Position numbers and translations under genes: made by a program. Shown one piece after another: positions 6,752 to 14,212 of a stretch of 28,290 nt of DNA (positions are counted from its first letter, which is position 1; every line of letters starts with the position of its first letter). The notes beneath the pieces were generated by a model. That model was not told the DNA's origin, did not search any database, and worked only from the letters and a program-made list of their open reading frames with translations. This stretch comes from a virus (lineage: Duplodnaviria > Caudoviricetes), in the IMG/VR virus record IMGVR_UViG_3300046786_000192, positions 1-28,290 of that record; one strand, given 5' to 3'.

Positions 6752-7053
6752 AGTGCTTTTCTCATTTTAGTTGCCACTTGCATTATTGACTTTGCTCTTA
6801 ATTCTAAAGATTTAATATACTTCATTACTTTTAGCTGGTCTTTCTCTATCCAATACCCTTCCCAATCTGCTGCCAGGTTTTTAACTATCCCCTCTGTACG
6901 AAGATAGTTGATTATTCTACGCATTTGGATTTGGCTCAAGTGAATAGAGTGCTCTTGCATCATTAAAGCTCTCAAATCATTGTTAGTTATCTTTTTATTT
7001 GACTTGATAAATTTAGCTACTTTTTTAGCTACGGAGATTTCATAGTGTGTCAT
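6748..7053 (-). CDS. Putative winged-helix DNA-binding protein
   Basis: ITNNDLRALM...SQIQMRRIINYLRTEG...GYWI pattern. Confidence 0.55.
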   Translation of the reverse strand: MTHYEISVAKKVAKFIKSNKKITNNDLRALMMQEHSIHLSQIQMRRIINYLRTEGIVKNLAADWEGYWIEKDQLKVMKYIKSLELRAKSIMQVATKMRKAL

Positions 7054-7070
7054 AGTTTAGTTTTTATAGT

Positions 7071-7424
7071 TTATCTAAAAGGTTTATCCATTGTTTTTTC
7101 TACTTCATATATTATAATTGACTTGTATTCCTTATTCATAATTTCTTTAGGGTATTCATCAGGTATTTCACCTGTTGATAACATCCAATCTAAATAAATT
7201 TCAACATCATTAATATCATAAATGTTGCTAATACCCATTAGTAATTCAGCTGCTTTTTTTATCTTAGGTTGTAAATGCAACAATGCATATTTAATATCTT
7301 TTAAGCTCTGTTGCTTCTCCATTTCTTTTGCTTGTTCAAATTCATTTTTAAATATATTAATCATTTCTAAATCATAATTATTTAATTTATCTAATATCCA
7401 TTGTACTGCTGTTTGTTTTTCCAT
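7071..7424 (-). CDS. Hypothetical phage protein (KQTAVxW...QAKEMEKQQ type)
   Basis: N-terminal motif of a small-protein family I recall from Bacteroidota phages. AACTATG start. Confidence 0.7.
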   Translation of the reverse strand: MEKQTAVQWILDKLNNYDLEMINIFKNEFEQAKEMEKQQSLKDIKYALLHLQPKIKKAAELLMGISNIYDINDVEIYLDWMLSTGEIPDEYPKEIMNKEYKSIIIYEVEKTMDKPFR

Positions 7425-7431
7425 AGTTATT

Positions 7432-7674
7432 TTAAAATAATGTATATTTTTCTACTTCTTCTTTAACTTTTTGCCAATATATAATTGCATTTAGTATTTC
7501 AATTGAATAAGTGTGCCAATATCCACTTGAAGGAATTGATTTTAATATCTCATCTATTGTTAATAATACACATTGTTTAGTTTCAAATAAGTTCATTGCC
7601 GATGTACCATCTCTATCAAGAACATTCATTCTAAAATTATATACTAATTCTTGTGCTTTTTCTTTTGGTGTCAT
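7432..7674 (-). CDS. Hypothetical phage protein (MTPKEKA...YWQxVKxE type)
   Basis: Recognisable terminal motifs. AACTATG start. Confidence 0.7.
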   Translation of the reverse strand: MTPKEKAQELVYNFRMNVLDRDGTSAMNLFETKQCVLLTIDEILKSIPSSGYWHTYSIEILNAIIYWQKVKEEVEKYTLF

Positions 7675-7871
7675 AGTTTATTTATTTTATATATTTTAAG
7701 AATTTCTTTTAGTTTGTATAGAGATACCCTTTTTCCATCTTTTTTATCAACAGATTTGCCATTAGCACCTATTCCGTTTGCTATAACATTTTCAGCATCT
7801 ATACAATCTAAACATACATCAAGTACTAATTCTTTTAATTGTCTTTTACAATAATTACATTTATTTTCCAT
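7671..7871 (-). CDS. Small Zn-finger-like protein
   Basis: CNYC...CLDC pairs. Confidence 0.6.
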   Translation of the reverse strand: MENKCNYCKRQLKELVLDVCLDCIDAENVIANGIGANGKSVDKKDGKRVSLYKLKEILKIYKINKL

Positions 7872-7877
7872 AGTTTT

Positions 7878-8234
7878 TTATTTTAGTGAAAGTGAAGCTG
7901 GTTGTAAGATTAATTTATTAGGTGTTGCTTCTGGAAGATTATAGTATTGGCAGAATTTAGCATCATCAAAATACTCAATGCCATCTTTAGTATAGCTTGG
8001 TATTTCGTGAACTCTTTTATAAATGGCTGCTTTAGGATCATAAGTAAACATATGTATTTCTCTTATGCCATCGTTAAAAACAAAATCAATAATACTGTCG
8101 CTATACTTAATTATCATTTGAGTTGCATAGCATTCACGATTATACCTGGTATTGTGTACTTTACTTTTGACTAATCTGCCATCAACGTAAACGTGCATAG
8201 TGCCGACCGGAGGAGTTATTTTATAATTACCCAT
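7878..8234 (-). CDS. Hypothetical protein
   Basis: 118-aa ORF overlapping the exonuclease stop codon. Confidence 0.7.
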   Translation of the reverse strand: MGNYKITPPVGTMHVYVDGRLVKSKVHNTRYNRECYATQMIIKYSDSIIDFVFNDGIREIHMFTYDPKAAIYKRVHEIPSYTKDGIEYFDDAKFCQYYNLPEATPNKLILQPASLSLK

Positions 8235-8865
8235 TTATTATTTTTAAAACATTATTTACATAGATTGTTGCAAGTTCTACCTTTTCAATTAGCTTCTCGC
8301 AGAAATCATTATCTCTATTAATATGCACTATTTTAAGCATATTTATTCTCGGATCGTAAGCAACCCAATTAGCCCAATTAGTGTTAGTGCATACCATATT
8401 AAATTGTACTTGAGCATAGTAATTCTTGTTATAAGCAAGTAAATCATCTCCATCATTGAATAATAGGTAGTCAATCATAGTTTCTCCAGTATATGGACAT
8501 TTAACTTCTAACACTCCTTGACCTTTGTCGCTTTCAATCAATCCATCTGGACTGCCACCAGCTCTTTCTCCAAACTCAAAGAATTTAGGATTAGCACCAC
8601 CCAAATTTTCTACTTTATAGCCGGTTTGAGCTTCGTAAACCAAAATAGCTTCGTTCTCTAAAGATTTCCCCCATTCAAGTGCATTCATCGGAGCTAATTG
8701 CTTAACTTCTCCACTCAAGATTTCATGTATTTTTCTATGTATGTAGGTTTTAGCAGTTGCACCAAATACCTCATCTTTCTTTTTGCTTTCTGTAAGTAAG
8801 TTTCCTATTTCGGAAGCAGTAAACTTTCCAAGCCTACTGCTCATCCAATTGTCTTGTTCAAACAT
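8227..8865 (-). CDS. YqaJ/lambda-exonuclease family protein
   Basis: W...RLGKFTASE, WGKSLE, GGSPDGL, LEVKCP, YYAQVQFNM. Confidence 0.92.
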   Translation of the reverse strand: MFEQDNWMSSRLGKFTASEIGNLLTESKKKDEVFGATAKTYIHRKIHEILSGEVKQLAPMNALEWGKSLENEAILVYEAQTGYKVENLGGANPKFFEFGERAGGSPDGLIESDKGQGVLEVKCPYTGETMIDYLLFNDGDDLLAYNKNYYAQVQFNMVCTNTNWANWVAYDPRINMLKIVHINRDNDFCEKLIEKVELATIYVNNVLKIING

Positions 8866-9464
8866 TATTTTAAAGATTTTTTGCGATTAGTGAATAGTGT
8901 TTTTTCTGCATTACTCCAATCTTCTTTTGTAGAGTATAGCATTTGCAATTCTGTAATATCCTTACATTTAGCAAGTTTATTAACTAATTCAGCATCTATA
9001 CCTACTGGCTCATCTTTACCATGAGTATTAGTAGCATCTGCATCTTTAGTATCATCAATAAGGAATAATCCATTTAATGCATACTTACGAGCATAAGAAG
9101 AAGATGCTCCAAATGTTTGTGAAATATCCATCCCTTTTTTATTAATATCAATTCCAGCAGCAGCAGATACTTTTGTTATTATATTTTGAGTATCATTGTC
9201 GGATAGTGTAGCAGTAGCTTTTATATAAATCACTTCCCCTTCATACTTTGAAACTTCTCCTTTTTCTGATATTTTTTCACTTTTAATAGTTGATCCAATA
9301 GACATAACTTCATCTGTAATTGCTAATGTACATCCATACTTTATTAATAATGGTTTAACTGCTTCAAGAATATCCTCGCAGTTTCGATACTTGTACTTGC
9401 CAAACGAGTTGAATTGGCTTTTCGGTGCTTTTAATTCGGTTTGAATTAATAATAATTTGTTCAT
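8865..9464 (-). CDS. erf: ERF family single-strand annealing protein
   Basis: IQTELKAPKSQFNSFGKYKYRNCEDILEAVKP...GASSSYARKYALNGLFLIDDTKDAD. Confidence 0.92.
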   Translation of the reverse strand: MNKLLLIQTELKAPKSQFNSFGKYKYRNCEDILEAVKPLLIKYGCTLAITDEVMSIGSTIKSEKISEKGEVSKYEGEVIYIKATATLSDNDTQNIITKVSAAAGIDINKKGMDISQTFGASSSYARKYALNGLFLIDDTKDADATNTHGKDEPVGIDAELVNKLAKCKDITELQMLYSTKEDWSNAEKTLFTNRKKSLK

Positions 9465-9503
9465 AGTTGTAGTTGGCTTTTATAACTCCGGCCAGAAGTT
9501 TTA

Positions 9504-9540
9504 CAAAAATAAGTAAAGTTTTTTAATTAACAAAATTTGT
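9504..9540 (-). promoter_or_regulatory. Bacteroidota sigma70-type promoter for the erf-exonuclease operon
   Basis: Minus-strand TTTG (9531-9534), 19-nt spacer, TATTTTTG (9504-9511). Confidence 0.7.
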
Positions 9541-9888
9541 TTATAAAATAATATCATCATAAAGGTCTTTTTGTGCTTCAATCTTCCTAACTGCATTTAA
9601 AACAGTTGTATGATCTCTATTGAATATAGCACCTACTTCACTTAAAGAAAAGCCAGTTTTATAAAGTTTATACATTAAAACCATTCTTGGCAATACTATT
9701 ACTCTTCTTCTGCTTCCACTCATCATATCTTCGTAGCTTATTTTATAGTCCTTGCACACTCCCATGATTGCAGTTTTAATAACCTGGTCCTTGTTAGCCT
9801 TTAGATTGTTTCTTAATTCTTTAATTTGAGCTTTAAGTTTAATTAACTCGTGGTTCTTCAATTTTAACTCCTTCGGTGTTGTCTGCAT
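9541..9888 (-). CDS. DnaA C-terminal-like HTH protein
   Basis: RRRVIVLPRMVLMY...SLSEVGAIFNRDHTTVLNAVRKI matches the DnaA domain IV signature. The N-terminus is coiled-coil-like. Confidence 0.8.
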   Translation of the reverse strand: MQTTPKELKLKNHELIKLKAQIKELRNNLKANKDQVIKTAIMGVCKDYKISYEDMMSGSRRRVIVLPRMVLMYKLYKTGFSLSEVGAIFNRDHTTVLNAVRKIEAQKDLYDDIIL

Positions 9889-10036
9889 AATAAATGGATA
9901 GTTTTATATTTTCTTGTTTACATTTTAATTTCAAATCTACATAAAAATCGTGTAGCATATTATCTATTTCTTCCGATTTTAGAGATGCTTCAAATATTGT
10001 AGCTATTTCCTCTAATCTTGCTAATCTTCTATCCAT
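9839..10036 (-). CDS. Hypothetical protein
   Basis: 65-aa ORF overlapping both neighbours. Confidence 0.6.
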   Translation of the reverse strand: MDRRLARLEEIATIFEASLKSEEIDNMLHDFYVDLKLKCKQENIKLSIYYADNTEGVKIEEPRVN

Positions 10037-10481
10037 GATAAGAGTTTTTATTGGTTTCTAATTCTTTGCAAATATATTCAATTAGCTCTTGCATACCATC
10101 TTCAAGCAGTTCATCTGGCTCAATGCCAAATATTTTAATATCCTCTACAATATAATGTCCTTGTATTCCAAGCTCTCTCTCGGTTGGTTGATAATAAGAA
10201 GTGAATGTTACCGGAAATCCTTTATATGTTACTTCTGCCATAGTTGGTATGTTTAAGTTTTGAAAAAATCGTTTTATTTCTGTTTGATTATGATTGTCAT
10301 TCGGATATAGCTCCAGGCATTTTGTTCTTAATTCATCAAGTTTCTCTCCACTTGCAATTAAGTTACATATCTCTTGCTTTATTGCACTTATATGTGCAAA
10401 GGATTTCATCCATAAGTCATGATCTTCGCTATACATAAAAGTAAAGTCATGGTTTCTTAACATTTGAATAAGTTGTTCCAT
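10029..10481 (-). CDS. Hypothetical protein (possible second in-frame start at 10241)
   Basis: 150-aa ORF with AACTATG at 10481 and again in frame at 10241. Confidence 0.7.
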   Translation of the reverse strand: MEQLIQMLRNHDFTFMYSEDHDLWMKSFAHISAIKQEICNLIASGEKLDELRTKCLELYPNDNHNQTEIKRFFQNLNIPTMAEVTYKGFPVTFTSYYQPTERELGIQGHYIVEDIKIFGIEPDELLEDGMQELIEYICKELETNKNSYHG

Positions 10482-10492
10482 AGTTATTAGTT

Positions 10493-10696
10493 TTAAAAAA
10501 AGTTACCAAATGATTTTGTTTCTACAATAATTGTATTTCTTCTCTTATTGAATTTGAATTTTTGTTTTGCAAATCCTTCCAAATCTTCTCTTTTCCAATT
10601 TTTAGTTTCTACAAGCTCTTTAATCAAATCTTCAGTAATTTCTACTTCATCTGCACCACTGTGCATTCTTAATAATTCATTTAATTCGTTTTCCAT
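10493..10696 (-). CDS. Hypothetical protein
   Basis: 67-aa ORF with an AACTATG start. Confidence 0.65.
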   Translation of the reverse strand: MENELNELLRMHSGADEVEITEDLIKELVETKNWKREDLEGFAKQKFKFNKRRNTIIVETKSFGNFF

Positions 10697-10699
10697 AGT

Positions 10700-10939
10700 T
10701 TATTTTTTATAAATTTTACGATAAGTTTTTAATATTTCAGTGCAATCCTCATACCAGTCATGATTTCTGTCCGAGTATGGTTTGTTAGGCAATCTTAATT
10801 TATCAAAAGCAGTTCTATAAACCCATTTGAAATGCTTATTCTCAAATGCTGATCCATCTTTTAAAAGCATAATAAATAACCAAGCTAAATACTTATTAGT
10901 CGGTTTTCTTTCTACAAGCCAATTTCCTAAGTTCTCCAT
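10700..10939 (-). CDS. Hypothetical protein
   Basis: 79-aa ORF with TAATG coupling to the upstream gene. Confidence 0.65.
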   Translation of the reverse strand: MENLGNWLVERKPTNKYLAWLFIMLLKDGSAFENKHFKWVYRTAFDKLRLPNKPYSDRNHDWYEDCTEILKTYRKIYKK

Positions 10940-11076
10940 TATTTTTTGTTTTGAGCGTTAAAAAATACTGCAACAGTAAAGTAAGTCGCAGCTACCAAAA
11001 GAATACCAAGAATAATGTGGTCTTGTTGAATTAAGCCAAGTGAAATGGCAGTTGAAAGGATTGTTAATTTGTTCAT
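10939..11076 (-). CDS. Small membrane protein, 45 aa (start revised to MNKLTIL)
   Basis: AACTATG at 11076 lies downstream of the promoter, whereas the ORF-track start at 11148 lies within the promoter. Two hydrophobic stretches. Confidence 0.6.
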   Translation of the reverse strand: MNKLTILSTAISLGLIQQDHIILGILLVAATYFTVAVFFNAQNKK

Positions 11077-11085
11077 AGTTGTTTT

Positions 11086-11155
11086 TTTAACCTCTGCATC
11101 ATTGCTTCGGTAAAACAAAGATAAACAAACTATTTGAATAATTAACAAATTTTGT
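11086..11155 (-). promoter_or_regulatory. Bacteroidota sigma70-type early promoter with conserved 5' leader (copy 2)
   Basis: TATCTTTG at 11116-11123 and TTTG at 11146-11149. Segment 11086-11125 is 37/40 identical to 111-150. Confidence 0.75.
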
Positions 11156-11296
11156 CAATTATTTTTTAAAGTTTTTTTTATAATATTGCATAACTTATTG
11201 GTTTTTAATAGATTAAACTATAAAATTAAACGGAATTAAAATAAGGCAGCATGAAATTTTCCAATAATTAGTCCCAATTATTCATAAAATAGTGAC

Positions 11297-11339
11297 AAAA
11301 AAAAGTCCTAAATGCAGTTCTTATGGTATGCAGTTAGGA
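11297..11339 (-). terminator. Intrinsic terminator ending the late/lysis transcript
   Basis: Minus-strand TCCTAACTGCA...TGCATTTAGGA followed by CTTTTTTTT. Confidence 0.55.
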
Positions 11340-11402
11340 ACATTATATCTAATTAAATATAGTTTTAACTTAAATTATCCTTTTATATCTAAATGAATAT
11401 AG

Positions 11403-11636
11403 TTAATCATCAAAAAGCTCGGCATAAGTTTCATTAACAAACTTCTCAACTATGCGTAAAGATTTGGCTTTAATATTGTCTATAACTTCCCTATCTTCTT
11501 TAGTCATAACATTGTAACTTTCCATTGTAGTTAGTGCATAACAGAAAGTATTGATATACTCGGAAGCAGTAGTTTCATCAACTACCCACTCAATTTCTTC
11601 TTCTTCTTTGATTTGGTCCTCTAACTCTTCAGCCAT
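11403..11636 (-). CDS. Small acidic hypothetical protein
   Basis: 77-aa, E/D-rich ORF. Confidence 0.7.
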   Translation of the reverse strand: MAEELEDQIKEEEEIEWVVDETTASEYINTFCYALTTMESYNVMTKEDREVIDNIKAKSLRIVEKFVNETYAELFDD

Positions 11637-11638
11637 GA

Positions 11639-12622
11639 CTAAAGTATTTCGCCTTTGAATATTCTTTTGTTTTCTACTTTGAAGTTTCCTTCCTTATCAA
11701 CAACTACATGAGCAAAACCATGAGCGTAATTATTAGCAAATGGTACATAATCTGGATTTAATTCACACAAACAACCAGTACTCCAAGTTGTAGTAATATC
11801 CCCACTTAAATTAGTTTCAGTATGTTCACTAACTTTGTGTACATGGCCTATTAAAATACTTTGTTTTGCTTTTACATAAGCACCACGAGCAGCATTTACC
11901 GGACTGAAAGCACCACGCATCAATAAGTGTCCATGATGAATAAATAACTTACCAGCTTTAACTAATTTAGTATCCTCAATTAAGCGTATTTTAAGCTCAT
12001 TTAGGCCAAGTATTGACTCTAACGAAGCATTTGCTATATCCAATAATTCTGGAGCTTTAGCCATCATCCAATGGTTGAAGCGAACATCGTGGTTGCCAAG
12101 TATCCAGTATATATCTTGAGTAGGGAATGTAGCTCTTAATACTTGTAAGAAGTTTTTACAAACATCAATCTCATAAGCCAAACTCTTTTTTCTTGGATCT
12201 TTAAGGAAGCGACTAATTTGGTAGAAGTCAATTAAGTCCCCATTTATTACAATAGTATTTACTTTCTTATCTCGGCCATAATTAAAAGCACAAGTTAAAG
12301 CCTGGATATCGTGGTAAGGTACATGAATATCGGATATAACCAATATATTGTTATTAGCCAATGGAAGTTTAATAGGTATATTCTCTACTGCTTCACTTTT
12401 TGGGAATTGGTATGGATTTTCTGGATTTAATGGCTCGGCATTTTTGTTGTTCTTTCTTGTAGCTTCGCCACCTTTACCAAGTGCCTTATTGCATTGACTG
12501 TAGCAGCTTGTTAAATCATTGAATAGTTGTTTATGTTTATTATAAACTATTCTTGAGAATTGCCTAACCGGAGTATTTGGGAATTCTTGTCTTAATTCAA
12601 TAATGATTTGTTTTTTTGTCAT
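11639..12622 (-). CDS. Calcineurin-like metallophosphoesterase with N-terminal extension
   Basis: SDIH, NGDLID, GNHD, HGH and GHVH motifs. Confidence 0.9.
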   Translation of the reverse strand: MTKKQIIIELRQEFPNTPVRQFSRIVYNKHKQLFNDLTSCYSQCNKALGKGGEATRKNNKNAEPLNPENPYQFPKSEAVENIPIKLPLANNNILVISDIHVPYHDIQALTCAFNYGRDKKVNTIVINGDLIDFYQISRFLKDPRKKSLAYEIDVCKNFLQVLRATFPTQDIYWILGNHDVRFNHWMMAKAPELLDIANASLESILGLNELKIRLIEDTKLVKAGKLFIHHGHLLMRGAFSPVNAARGAYVKAKQSILIGHVHKVSEHTETNLSGDITTTWSTGCLCELNPDYVPFANNYAHGFAHVVVDKEGNFKVENKRIFKGEIL

Positions 12623-12631
12623 CGTAGTTGT

Positions 12632-13132
12632 TTATGAAAAGTATAAATTAGCTTCTGCATTTCTTCTTTTAAAAAGCCCATTAAGTTTTTGCATTTCTCC
12701 TTTTTCATCAATTAATCCATCACCATCATCATCTTTCCCATTATGAGTTCCATCAGCATTTGCCCATTTTATAAACTCTAATTTTATAGATTTATCATTT
12801 GGATATTTATTTACTTTCTTTAATAAAGTAGAAGTTTTTAGATTTCCTACTCCACAGTTATAAGCAAAGTCCGTTAAAGCATCTTTTTGGTTTTGGTTTA
12901 TGTTGGTTTTTACTATCTCTCCTACTTGCTGAATGAACTTTATGAGTATTAATTCCAACAATTGCTCTGCTCTTTCTAAAGTTATAACATCGCCCTCTTT
13001 TACTGCTTTGCCATTCTCGTATTGAGTATTTCCATAGCCGATAGTCCAAATACCAGCCGGACATTTATAAGCCTTTAATTTGCAACCCTCAAATTCCTTA
13101 ACTAATTCTTTTAATTTGTTAGATATTACCAT
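12632..13132 (-). CDS. Endolysin, GH24 phage lysozyme
   Basis: FEGCKLKAYKCPAGIWTIGYG (E-x8-C-x5-T catalytic pattern), QNQKDALTDFAYNCG and GLFKRRNAE. Confidence 0.93.
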   Translation of the reverse strand: MVISNKLKELVKEFEGCKLKAYKCPAGIWTIGYGNTQYENGKAVKEGDVITLERAEQLLELILIKFIQQVGEIVKTNINQNQKDALTDFAYNCGVGNLKTSTLLKKVNKYPNDKSIKLEFIKWANADGTHNGKDDDGDGLIDEKGEMQKLNGLFKRRNAEANLYFS

Positions 13133-13581
13133 ACAATTTTTCTAAGAATTAACAATACAACCGAAAAGACAAACATTATATATAAAATAGTCCTTAATGT
13201 TTTTAATTTGCTATTTGCGACAATTAGAGCCTCATTAGCAGCCTTTAATTTACTTTCCAATACAAATAGTTTAGCAGTATTTTCTAAGCGAATTATGCTA
13301 TCCTTTTTGATTGTTTTAGTTATTGTCTTACCTGGAAGATAAACGAAGCGAACAACCTCGTTATTGATTATGCTATCTTTTATTAAGGTATCTACACTCT
13401 TGATAGTATCGTATGAAATAACCTCTCTTATTTCTACACTCTCTTTAATAGGGAATTTATCAGCACAATTTTGTGCAATTAGTGAAGGGAATTTATTTTG
13501 AATTAACGCTAACTGCTTAACCGATTTCTTTTCAGTCAAGCAAGATGATAAAATGATTGTTAGTAGTAGTAAATATTTCAT
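13126..13581 (-). CDS. Lipoprotein with C-terminal TM helix, unimolecular-spanin-like
   Basis: MKYLLLLTIILSSC lipobox and C-terminal ILYIMFVFSVVLLIL, lying between the holin-like genes and the endolysin. Confidence 0.65.
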   Translation of the reverse strand: MKYLLLLTIILSSCLTEKKSVKQLALIQNKFPSLIAQNCADKFPIKESVEIREVISYDTIKSVDTLIKDSIINNEVVRFVYLPGKTITKTIKKDSIIRLENTAKLFVLESKLKAANEALIVANSKLKTLRTILYIMFVFSVVLLILRKIVW

Positions 13582-13758
13582 TTAATCTTTTTTAAACTTT
13601 TCAGCAGTTGCAGCACCTATCCCAATAAGCACTATATACATACAAGCATCTATAATGGCAGGACTCTCATGAGAAAACAACTTACTAAACAAGCATAAAC
13701 TTCCAATAAGTGCCAAAACTCTTTTAAGCGACCACTTTCCATCTTTATCTTTTAACAT
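13582..13758 (-). CDS. Holin-like 58-aa membrane protein (not in the ORF track)
   Basis: Manually translated MLKDKDGKWSLKRVLALIGSLCLFSKLFSHESPAIIDACMYIVLIGIGAATAEKFKKD. Two TM-like segments. The stop abuts the next ATG. Confidence 0.65.
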   Translation of the reverse strand: MLKDKDGKWSLKRVLALIGSLCLFSKLFSHESPAIIDACMYIVLIGIGAATAEKFKKD

Positions 13759-13933
13759 TTTTACTTTTTAAATTCTTTTTGATTTGAATTATATAGTTAG
13801 CAATAGCCAATAAAGAAACGATAACACCCAAAATAAAGGTAATATCACTCTTTGTTAAGTTAGCTGCTACATTTAATATCAATGAAGATACTAATAAAAT
13901 ATTATTATTATGATGTTGATTTTCTACAAACAT
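13745..13933 (-). CDS. Holin/antiholin-like membrane protein
   Basis: Two hydrophobic segments and a basic C-terminus, at the start of the lysis cassette. Confidence 0.55.
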   Translation of the reverse strand: MFVENQHHNNNILLVSSLILNVAANLTKSDITFILGVIVSLLAIANYIIQIKKNLKSKNVKR

Positions 13934-13935
13934 TT

Positions 13936-14202
13936 CTATTTAGTTGGGAATGGAGGAGGAGGTACTGGTTGATACTCAATAGGCTCAACATTAACATAAT
14001 GGCATACTTGTTCGCCATCTACTTCTTTGCATTGTTGCTCGGATAAATAAAGAAACTCTGGATATACTATTCCATTAAGCTCCTCTATTGATATAACCCA
14101 GTTGCCATTTATATCTTGAATAGGATTAAAATGCATATCAGGTGCGTATGCTTGTCCTTTAATTTTGTTGTAATCTTCGTTTTTGATTTTATATATAGTC
14201 AT
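13936..14202 (-). CDS. Hypothetical protein (possible fibre chaperone)
   Basis: FNPIQDINGNWVISIEE motif with a Pro-rich tail, directly after the fibre gene. Confidence 0.6.
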   Translation of the reverse strand: MTIYKIKNEDYNKIKGQAYAPDMHFNPIQDINGNWVISIEELNGIVYPEFLYLSEQQCKEVDGEQVCHYVNVEPIEYQPVPPPPFPTK

Positions 14203-14212
14203 CGTTTAAAAT

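Noticed and set aside
11077-11148. Upstream extensions given by the ORF track (11148; also 19381 and 16539)
   Set aside because: They run through a promoter, a terminator or an upstream small ORF. Downstream ATGs fit better.
12858-13064. Alternative-frame ORF nested in the endolysin (possible Rz1-like gene)
   Set aside because: It has no lipobox or hydrophobic signal, and a separate u-spanin-like gene already exists.
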